A DNA stretch of 64,000 bases, taken from an uncultured bacterium (lineage in GTDB: Bacteria > Abyssobacteria > SURF-5). Positions 11,136 through 18,830 of this stretch are shown in pieces. The stretch lies in contig CAZSKP010000003.1 of assembly GCA_964607485.1 (NCBI GenBank), positions 134,622 to 198,621 on the forward strand. Direction: 5' to 3'. Below the pieces are notes generated by a model, which searched no databases, was not told the origin of the DNA, and was given only the letters and a program-made list of their open reading frames with translations. Within the stretch, counting starts at the first letter, position 1. Each line of letters starts with the position of its first letter. The translations under genes were made by a program, and so were the position numbers.

Positions 11136-11381
11136 GTGGCAGGCATGATAAGCATTGGATTCGGCGGCGCGGTCATGGTGGATAAGATAGTGGCCATCGT
11201 GCTGCCCGACTCGAAGCCGTCGATCCGTCTGCGCGACGCTGCAAGGGCCGAGAACAGGCTGATCGACGCCACGCAGGGGCACAAGACGCGGGCGATCATC
11301 GTCACTGCGAGCAATCACGTCATCCTCTGCGGCATCAATCCCGAAACTCTGGCGCAAAGAATAAAGGAAAGCGACGCCTGA
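11136..11381 (+). CDS. remA: DUF370 / RemA-like protein
   Basis: ISIGFG...LIDATQGHKTRAII...ETLAQR; conserved position between yicC and gmk. Confidence 0.85.
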   Translation: MAGMISIGFGGAVMVDKIVAIVLPDSKPSIRLRDAARAENRLIDATQGHKTRAIIVTASNHVILCGINPETLAQRIKESDA

Positions 11382-11385
11382 GAGA

Positions 11386-12051
11386 GTGGCCTCGGAGCGA
11401 GCGAACCCCAACGAAATAGACTCAGCCGTCTCATCCCTGCGTTCTCGGCGGGGGTTGATGATAGTCGTGTCGGCGCCGTCGGGAACGGGAAAGACGACGG
11501 TCTGTGATAAGCTGCTGGCCGAGATGACCGACATGCGGCGGTCAATCTCTTTCACCACCCGCCGGCCGAGGAAGGGTGAGAGAGAGGGGCAGCACTACCA
11601 TTTCGTCACGAGGAAGCAATTTCAGGAGGAGCGGGATAAGGGTCGCTTCGTGGAATGCGCGGAGGTGCACGGAAACCTGTACGGGACGCCTCGCGATTTT
11701 CTCGAGAAACGGCTGCGGGCAGGCAAAGACACCGTGTTCGTCATAGACGTGCAGGGAGCGCGCTCGATCAAGGAAGCGTTTCCCGAGGCCGTCCTCGTTT
11801 TCCTCCTGCCGCCGTCGTTCAAGGAATTGAAAAGAAGGCTGAAGACGAGGGGTTCCGTGGACCCCAAAGAGATGGATATCAGGCTCAGAAACGCGGCCGC
11901 CGAGTTCAGTTGCTACCGCGCGTATGATTACCTGGTCGTGAACGACGACGTGGCCGAGGCCGCCGAAATTTTGAAGGCGATAGTGACGGCCGAGAGATGT
12001 CGCGCGAGCCGTCTGAACCCCGAATCGTCCCCAAAAATGAACACGAAGTAG
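11386..12051 (+). CDS. gmk: Guanylate kinase
   Basis: SAPSGTGKTT, TTRRPRKGE, YGTP, IDVQGA; exact start uncertain. Confidence 0.95.
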   Translation: MASERANPNEIDSAVSSLRSRRGLMIVVSAPSGTGKTTVCDKLLAEMTDMRRSISFTTRRPRKGEREGQHYHFVTRKQFQEERDKGRFVECAEVHGNLYGTPRDFLEKRLRAGKDTVFVIDVQGARSIKEAFPEAVLVFLLPPSFKELKRRLKTRGSVDPKEMDIRLRNAAAEFSCYRAYDYLVVNDDVAEAAEILKAIVTAERCRASRLNPESSPKMNTK

Positions 12052-12063
12052 GGAGAGAGCGAT

Positions 12064-12279
12064 ATGTTCAAGGTGTCATCCGAAAAATTGTTGAAAAATG
12101 CGGGCGGTCAGTACACTCTGCTCATGATGGCCTTTCAGAGGACACACCAGTTGAACAACGGAATGCCCCCGGTCATCAAACCACCGTCGAAGAAGAACGT
12201 GACCATCGCGCTTGAGGAAATAGCCGAAGGGAAAGTCCGGGCGATAGAGGATGAAGAAGAGTCCGCAGACACTGAATGA
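12064..12279 (+). CDS. rpoZ: RNA polymerase omega subunit
   Basis: YTLLMMAFQRTHQL...KNVTIALEEIAEGK; position after gmk. Confidence 0.88.
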   Translation: MFKVSSEKLLKNAGGQYTLLMMAFQRTHQLNNGMPPVIKPPSKKNVTIALEEIAEGKVRAIEDEEESADTE

Positions 12280-13459
12280 CAAAGAGGTGGTCCTGGGAGT
12301 CTGCGGCGGAATCGCGGCGTACAAGGCATGCGATCTCGCCAGCAAGCTCAGGCAGTCGGGCGCCGAGGTAACCGTCGTGATGACGAACGCGGCCCAGCAG
12401 TTCGTCACGCCGCTCACGTTTCAGTCGCTCGTCCACCGGCCGGTCATCACGAGCCTGTTCACTCCCATCGAGGAGTGGGAGATCGAGCACATATCCGTGG
12501 CCAAGAGGGCGTCGGTCACCGTGATAGCGCCCGCCACCGCGAACATTATCGGCAAGCTCGCGTGCGGCATCGCGGACGATTTTCTCACCACGCTTGTGCT
12601 GGCGACGCGCGCGCCCATCCTGATCTGTCCCGCCATGAATCGCGACATGTACGCCAATCGGGTCGTGCAGGAAAACATCGACCGTCTCCGGGCCAGGGGC
12701 TTTCACATTCTGGAACCCGAGGAGGGCTCGCTCGCGTGCGGCGACGTGGGCAAAGGCCGGCTGGCGGGCGTCGAAGCGATCTTCGAGCGTATCCTCTCGC
12801 TGGTGTGCCGGCCCCGCGATTTCAGCGGAATCAAGGTACTGGTGACGGCCGGCCCGACACACGAACACATCGACCCCGTCCGCTACATCACGAACCCATC
12901 GACGGGCAAGATGGGCTATGCCCTCGCGCAAGCCGCTAGAGAGCGCGGGGCGGACGTCATCCTGATTTCGGGGCCAGTAAGCCTTCCTTCGCCCGACGGC
13001 GTTGAAACCATCCGGGTAAGGACAGCCGCCGAGATGGCCAAGGCCGTGACGGATAAGTCGAAGGGATGCAAGGTCGTCATAGGCGCCGCCGCGGTGGGCG
13101 ACTACGCTCCGGCACGGACGTCGGGCGAGAAGATTAAGAAAGAAGCCTCCGAGTTCACGCTCAAGCTGAAGCCCACGGTGGACATCATGGCCGAGCTGGG
13201 CAGGCGCAAGGGCAGACGGGTTCTGGTCGGGTTCTCGGTTGAAACTCGCGACCTGATACAAAACTCGATAGAGAAGCTGAAATCAAAGCATCTCGACATG
13301 ATAGTGTGTAATGACGTCACCCAGACGGGGGCCGGCTTCGCGACCGATACGAACATAGTAACGATTCTCGACAAGAAAGGCCGCTCCGAGAAATTGCCCC
13401 GGCTGACCAAGCTGGAAACAGCCCACAGAGTTCTTGACAGAATCCGCGCACTCCTGTGA
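12251..13459 (+). CDS. coaBC: Phosphopantothenoylcysteine decarboxylase/ligase
   Basis: GGIAAYK, APATAN, PAMN, LACGDVGKGRL, TAGPT.E.IDPVRYITNPSTGKMG. Confidence 0.96.
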   Translation: MKKSPQTLNDKEVVLGVCGGIAAYKACDLASKLRQSGAEVTVVMTNAAQQFVTPLTFQSLVHRPVITSLFTPIEEWEIEHISVAKRASVTVIAPATANIIGKLACGIADDFLTTLVLATRAPILICPAMNRDMYANRVVQENIDRLRARGFHILEPEEGSLACGDVGKGRLAGVEAIFERILSLVCRPRDFSGIKVLVTAGPTHEHIDPVRYITNPSTGKMGYALAQAARERGADVILISGPVSLPSPDGVETIRVRTAAEMAKAVTDKSKGCKVVIGAAAVGDYAPARTSGEKIKKEASEFTLKLKPTVDIMAELGRRKGRRVLVGFSVETRDLIQNSIEKLKSKHLDMIVCNDVTQTGAGFATDTNIVTILDKKGRSEKLPRLTKLETAHRVLDRIRALL

Positions 13460-13498
13460 CCCGTTGTCTGCCATCCACATAATAAAAGAACCCGGTCG

Positions 13499-14947
13499 AT
13501 GAACGTCCCATCCTTCCAATCGAACTCTGGTCGGCTCGGCAGATTCGTCGCCTCAAGGGCAGGCGTGGTTGCCGCCTGTGTATTCATCATCGCACTGGAC
13601 TTCGTTCTCTTCCGCAAATCGCTGAGCCTCTATTTCATCCAGGACGATTTCTGGTACCTGTGGCTGACCAGCGACCAGAGCATCCGCGGGTTCGCAAAAC
13701 TGTTCACGACACCGACCCCCTTCTATCGTCCGATATCGAATTCCTTGTATTTCTTTTTCATGCAATTGGTCTTCGGCGTCAATCCCCTCCCCTACCATGT
13801 GGCCAACCTGCTTGCCCACGCCTTCAATTCGCTGGCCGTCGGCTACCTGGTGTATCTTCTGACCGAAAATCGGGCGCTGGCGTTCGTGTCGTCCGTCATA
13901 TTCACCTCACGGGTGGGGCACGTCATCGCTGTGTACTGGATTTGCGTGACCACCCAGAGCTGGCCTCTGATGTTCTTCCTGATTTCGTTGATATTGTACA
14001 TTCACTATCACAGAAGCGCGCGGCCCGGCTTGCTCGCCGGTTCCTATTTCTGCTTCGCCCTCTGCGCCTTCTCCAACATAAACGGCCCGACGCTCGTGTT
14101 GCTCATTACCTTGTACGACCTGCTGATGCGTGAGGGGCGCTCGCTCCTGTCCATTGCCAGGCGGGAAGCCGGTTTCTATGCGATAGTCCTGGTGTTTCTG
14201 ATTCTGCAATTCGTCATATTCAAATATCCCGAGCACGGCGAATATCACGTCAGCGCCGGGCCGGCGGCGCTGAAAGTTTTCGGTATCATAAACGTGTACG
14301 CGTTCAATCTCCTGTACCTGATAAGTTATCTCACCGACGGTCCGGCCTGGATGGTCGCGGTGAGCATCCTGGTGGGGCTTGCCGTCATCTCGTTCGCGCT
14401 GCTTGCGTTCATCAGAGCCGCGAGAAGAAAGCAGTCGTCGCAGGGACGGCTCTATCTCTTCTTCGGGTTCTGGTACATCTGGGGTTTCGCGCCCCACCTT
14501 GGCTTGACCGGGCACATATGGCCGCAGTACATCACAGTCGCGGCCGTGGGCTTGTCGTTTCTTCTCGCCAGCCTGCTGGTGAGGTTCCTGAGGCCCAAAG
14601 CCCTGGCGGCGGCGCTCTGCCTGATTCTGGCGCTCTCGTTTTTCTCCGTAAGACTGTTCGAAAAAGAGGAATACGATGCCAAGGGAATAATATACAAATC
14701 GGAGCTGGCTCGGAACATAATTTCCGACCTCCGGGAAGACCTGAAGCGCGACCCGGGCGTCGAAACGATCATCATCCTCAACGGCCAGGTCGAGCTTTGG
14801 TGGATTCTGCGTTACGGAAGGAACGCCGAGGTGTTCGTGGACAAGTTCAGGCCGATATTTTATCTCTACTCGGCCGACGGGGCGACGACGGATTCCTCCA
14901 CGCTCGTTCTGCGATACGACAACATGCATCTGTACGTAGTGCGCTGA
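13499..14947 (+). CDS. Polytopic membrane protein, GT-C glycosyltransferase-like
   Basis: DD after the first TM helix (IQDDF), YRP, PLPYHVANLLAH; about 11 hydrophobic segments. Confidence 0.65.
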   Translation: MNVPSFQSNSGRLGRFVASRAGVVAACVFIIALDFVLFRKSLSLYFIQDDFWYLWLTSDQSIRGFAKLFTTPTPFYRPISNSLYFFFMQLVFGVNPLPYHVANLLAHAFNSLAVGYLVYLLTENRALAFVSSVIFTSRVGHVIAVYWICVTTQSWPLMFFLISLILYIHYHRSARPGLLAGSYFCFALCAFSNINGPTLVLLITLYDLLMREGRSLLSIARREAGFYAIVLVFLILQFVIFKYPEHGEYHVSAGPAALKVFGIINVYAFNLLYLISYLTDGPAWMVAVSILVGLAVISFALLAFIRAARRKQSSQGRLYLFFGFWYIWGFAPHLGLTGHIWPQYITVAAVGLSFLLASLLVRFLRPKALAAALCLILALSFFSVRLFEKEEYDAKGIIYKSELARNIISDLREDLKRDPGVETIIILNGQVELWWILRYGRNAEVFVDKFRPIFYLYSADGATTDSSTLVLRYDNMHLYVVR

Positions 14948-14972
14948 CGACTCACTTTCATGGAGGCGGCGA

Positions 14973-16103
14973 ATGATGGAACTGACGAGGAGGGGCTTCA
15001 TCGGCAGAGCCGCCATAGCGGCGGCATGTGCCGCAAGCTGCGGATGTGCGCTGACCGCGTGCGGGGGAATGAAACGCGCCGAAGTCGGCCCCGGCGGACC
15101 CGAATTCGAGACAATCCCGAGCGTGCCCGACGAACTTGTCGAAGTCCTCTATTACGCCTCGCTCGCGCCAAGCGGACATAACGCACAGCCGTGGTACGTG
15201 AAGGTAGTGGATGAGAATACATGGATCATCGGCTCGGATCCCCTGCGAAGGCTGCCGGCCGTGGATCCGAACAATCGAGAAGCCCTGCTGTCCATCGGCA
15301 CATTTGTCGAGAATCTCTCGCTCGCAGCCGGAGCCAAAGGGTATGAGACAAACATGGAAGTGTTGGCCGCCAGCCCGTCCGACGAAGAGGTGCTCAGAGT
15401 CTCATTACAAAAGGCAAATCCAACCGGATATCCGCTGAATCGGCTTCTGACCAGAAGGACGACGAGGGGAGGCCATCGTGTGACCGAGCTGAGAAGCGAT
15501 GATGTCAAGTCATTGTCGGAACCTCTGGAAGGCCGCCTCTTCTATTTTCCTCGCGGCTCAGACCATTCCAATTGTATTGCCGAGGGCACGGTCGAAGCCT
15601 TCCGCGCGCAGACCTATCGCGATGAGGCACAGTCTGAGCTTGCCGAATGGATACGATTCAGCAACAGAGATGCGAGGCAGCACAGAGACGGACTGACGAC
15701 CGAAAGCATGGAAATCGGCGGCCTGGCCGGCTGGTATGTTCGAAACTTCATGGATAAGACCAACGTGATGAAAAAGAGTTTCAGGGAGCAAGGAATAAAG
15801 GGCACGGCCAAGATCGCTCATGAGGGTGGCGGATGGTTTGTAATAACCAGCAAAGGGAATAGCGTGGCCGACCTGGTCGAAACAGGGCGAGTGGTTGAGA
15901 GGATGTGGCTCACCGCCAGGGAACGCATGATTGCCATTCATCCCATGACGCAGATGCTCGAGGAAAAAGAATGGCTGGACGAAATCGCCTCGGAGCACGA
16001 CCCCGGCATGATTCCCCAGTTCATTCTTCGGGTCGGATACCTGGATTCGTATCCAGCGCCCGTCTCTCTTCGCCGCCCCGTGAGCTGGTTCCTGCGAACG
16101 TAG
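14973..16103 (+). CDS. Tat-exported Acg-type nitroreductase family protein
   Basis: TRRGF twin-arginine signal, LTAC lipobox candidate, APSGHNAQPW, LRVGY...SLRRP. Confidence 0.85.
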   Translation: MMELTRRGFIGRAAIAAACAASCGCALTACGGMKRAEVGPGGPEFETIPSVPDELVEVLYYASLAPSGHNAQPWYVKVVDENTWIIGSDPLRRLPAVDPNNREALLSIGTFVENLSLAAGAKGYETNMEVLAASPSDEEVLRVSLQKANPTGYPLNRLLTRRTTRGGHRVTELRSDDVKSLSEPLEGRLFYFPRGSDHSNCIAEGTVEAFRAQTYRDEAQSELAEWIRFSNRDARQHRDGLTTESMEIGGLAGWYVRNFMDKTNVMKKSFREQGIKGTAKIAHEGGGWFVITSKGNSVADLVETGRVVERMWLTARERMIAIHPMTQMLEEKEWLDEIASEHDPGMIPQFILRVGYLDSYPAPVSLRRPVSWFLRT

Positions 16104-16316
16104 TCCTGCGATTCGACCCCATGCATCTGCACGCGGCCCGCTGACAGCGGGCTCTCGTCCCTGCGGACCACGTCGGAACAACTCCCCCGCCCGGTGTCAG
16201 GATTCTTTACAAGCTGTAAGAATTTCCGGCAGTCACCCCGCCGGTCTTTTGCATCCCATCCCTGAAAAACCGCCGTTTTGACGCTGCTCAGTTGCCTGTT
16301 TGACCCCATCCGCACT

Positions 16317-16332
16317 CGGCACAGTATTTGCT
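16317..16332 (+). promoter_or_regulatory. sigma54 (-24/-12) promoter
   Basis: CGGCACAGTATTTGCT = GG-N10-GC, near consensus; imperfect palindrome TTACA-AGC-TGTAA about 100 bp upstream. Confidence 0.65.
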
Positions 16333-16411
16333 CATCCTCCCTCACGCACAGGGCATCGGTCACAGGGGGAGGTCTCCTGCATGGGCTGGAGGCTCGATTA
16401 GAAGGAGAGAG

Positions 16412-16738
16412 ATGATGGGGGAATACGGAAAGCAGTTTTTCGACCAATGTCTCATGGCAATCGTCTCGGAACTCGTCCGGGCGGAGGAAAAGCATCCCGA
16501 CTGGCCCGACGACGTGGCCGATGCCGCAAAGATCGTTTCCGATCAGGCGGTGGGGCTCGTGTCGGCCTCGGCCGACTTCCGCGACGGAACCGAAAGGGAC
16601 GACGCGCGGATTCTGGAAGAAGCGCTCCAGACCGGAGCAATGGCGCTGAGGTTCTTGTTGAACATGCACCCTGCGCCACGGTACGAAATGGCCGCAATCG
16701 AAGAATGGGAGATGTACGAGCCTCAGTTGCTCGATTGA
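16412..16738 (+). CDS. MazG-like all-alpha hypothetical protein (phage-type), degenerate acidic motif
   Basis: RBS AAGGAG; ELVRAEEKHPDWP...EEALQTGAMALRFL. Confidence 0.6.
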   Translation: MMGEYGKQFFDQCLMAIVSELVRAEEKHPDWPDDVADAAKIVSDQAVGLVSASADFRDGTERDDARILEEALQTGAMALRFLLNMHPAPRYEMAAIEEWEMYEPQLLD

Positions 16739-16752
16739 AGGAAGCGATAAGG

Positions 16753-17055
16753 ATGAAACTACCGGCTCAAGTCAAACTCATGTTGGAACTGCATAAGTTG
16801 GAGACCAATGGCAACGGTGTCGATAGGGCCCGGGCCTTCAAGAAGCTGGAGAAGCGCCTGGACCCCGACCTCCTGAAACACTATTGCAGGCTGAAAGAGA
16901 GAAAGGGCAGAGGAACCGCGGTACTGAAAGATAGAGCGTGCAGCGAATGCATGATCATCTATCCGGAAACTCACGAGATCCTCCGCTACAAGAACTCCGT
17001 CCGACTCTGTGAGTTTTGCGGAAGGCTTCTCGTAATCGCCGAAGAGGCGGCCTGA
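16753..17055 (+). CDS. C4 zinc-ribbon protein (CT398/HP0958/DUF164-like, minimal)
   Basis: LDPDLLKHYCRLKERKGRGTAVLKDRACSEC...CEFCGRLL. Confidence 0.78.
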   Translation: MKLPAQVKLMLELHKLETNGNGVDRARAFKKLEKRLDPDLLKHYCRLKERKGRGTAVLKDRACSECMIIYPETHEILRYKNSVRLCEFCGRLLVIAEEAA

Positions 17056-17212
17056 CCCACACCGGCGAGGCCATCGCCCGTGTTCTCAGAATGAGAGCAC
17101 ATTCGCCGCGTCTTTCCGAGCTCGGCTTCCGTTAAGAGATAGACCCGCCCAAAAAAGGCTTGTGACGGCGGCAACGAGCCACTGGCACAAGCCGGCGTTC
17201 GTCACGATGAAT

Positions 17213-17244
17213 TGGTCGGGGCGACTGGATTTGAACCAGCGACC
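17213..17244 (-). repeat. Duplicated 3' end of tRNA-Pro (att core)
   Basis: TGGTCGGGGCGACTGGATTTGAACCAGCGACC identical to 29207-29238. Confidence 0.93.
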
Positions 17245-18211
17245 AGCAAAGCGCAAACTATTGAAAATAAAGAGGGTTCTGAGCCCCGCCTGCCGGATGC
17301 TAACGAATATGCTAAAGTCTTCGTCGAGGCTCTCGCTGAGAGGCTTGCAGAAGCATGGAACAAGCTCTCCCCGGACATTCGGGATGCGGTAATCAATCTC
17401 CTTGATAAGGTTCTTCAACAGACATAATCGAAGAGGGTCGGAGAGGGTGGGTGGTGTACATCTTGGAAAGTGCAATTTCGGTCTCGATGTTGCACACTAT
17501 CTATCCGCTATCGTTAAAGGAACCTCTCTTAGCAGGGGTGGAGTGCGAATACTAATCCCGCCAGACCCTTTCTCTGATCCATTTTTCCCAAACCTGCCCC
17601 GCGAAACCTTTCAAGAAGGATGAAATTCATAAAGGCGTCGTATGGCGTGTGCATCGATAACAGGTTTTCGGACCCTCGTCAACTAGACAAGTTCGTGATG
17701 AAAGTGTTGACTGCTACTTTGACGGAAGTAAGTGTGGTTATGGGAGGGAAGCTGCACTTATAAATAGGCGCTTACGCTAAGTGATCCTGGCTTTAGCTTG
17801 TCAAGTGTGTAGGTCTGACCCCGTTACTTCCCCGGGAGAGAGAGCCATGACCTGAATGACATTATTCCATCTCCGAATGAGACCCCATAGGTTTCGCCTG
17901 CAAAAACAGTATATCATGGGCGACACCTATCCCATTCACTCTGCACGGGGTCTTTGCATCCTTTGCGGCATGATTTCTTGAAAGAACAAATCGGCTTTTG
18001 CGTCTGCGGTCAACAATCAAAACTTTGCTTCCCGGCATTTCTCTGCGACTTGGTGTCTTTGCGCGAGGCAATCTTCTTTTTTGATTGCGGCTTCGCCACG
18101 CTGCGCATCCACGAGCGCACGATTGCCTGTTTCCAATCCGAAATATTTTTTTCTTGACAGAGACCGCCGCTCTGGTATATGAGTATATGCGCGTAAAGGA
18201 GGGGATACGCT

Positions 18212-18826
18212 TTGTCGGATCAGACTGCCGCAACAATCGGAAAGAGGCTTATGCACGCCCGCGAGTCGATGCGGCTCACACTCCAGCAACTCTCCCGCCT
18301 ATCTGGTGTCGCCCCGAGCACCATTCAGAAAATTGAAGCGGGCACCATGATGCCGTCCGTCGCAGTCATGATGAAGATCGCGCGCGGGCTCCACAAGAAG
18401 ATAGGCTTTTTCCTTGACGAGGACGAATCGAGCGTCGAGGTTGCAGTGGTCCGCAAGCGCGACCGCACACGGGCGAGCATGCAGGAGAGCGGCTATTCGG
18501 TGCAAAGCCTTTCGGCGGAACTTCTCGATGCGGAGATAAACGGTTTTATCCTTGTTGTGCCGCCAGGCGGAAACAGCGGTGAGGAACCGCTCCACCATCG
18601 CGGCGACGAATTGGTGTATTGCGTACGCGGCAGAGTGACATTCACTGTGGGCGGTAAGGATTATGCAGTCGGCGCCGGGGACAGCTTGCATTTCAAGTCG
18701 GAACTCCCTCACTCGTGGAAGAATTCCGGCCGCTCGAATGCGGAGCTGGTCATTGTCTGTTCGCTGCCTGCGCTCGCAGAGAAATCGGTCTTTCGGCAAG
18801 GCGCAAGCTTGAGCCGAAGGAGGTGA
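18212..18826 (+). CDS. XRE-family HTH + cupin transcriptional regulator
   Basis: IGKRL..ARES..LTLQQLSRLSGVAPSTIQKIE; H.GDE...GDSLHFKSELPHSWKN; TTG start with GGAGG RBS. Confidence 0.9.
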   Translation: MSDQTAATIGKRLMHARESMRLTLQQLSRLSGVAPSTIQKIEAGTMMPSVAVMMKIARGLHKKIGFFLDEDESSVEVAVVRKRDRTRASMQESGYSVQSLSAELLDAEINGFILVVPPGGNSGEEPLHHRGDELVYCVRGRVTFTVGGKDYAVGAGDSLHFKSELPHSWKNSGRSNAELVIVCSLPALAEKSVFRQGASLSRRR

Positions 18827-18830
18827 CTGA

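Noticed and set aside
17213-17244. Second tRNA-Pro gene
   Set aside because: Only the T-arm and 3' acceptor strand (32 nt) are present; no D or anticodon arm. It is an att repeat.
17212-17427. 71-aa ORF MVGATGFEPAT...
   Set aside because: Its start is the antisense reading of the tRNA fragment (a typical artefact). The distal helix may be an element remnant but cannot be supported as a gene.
17430-17800. Gene in the AT-rich left end of the island
   Set aside because: Only short, stop-interrupted frames without recognisable motifs; probably decayed DNA.
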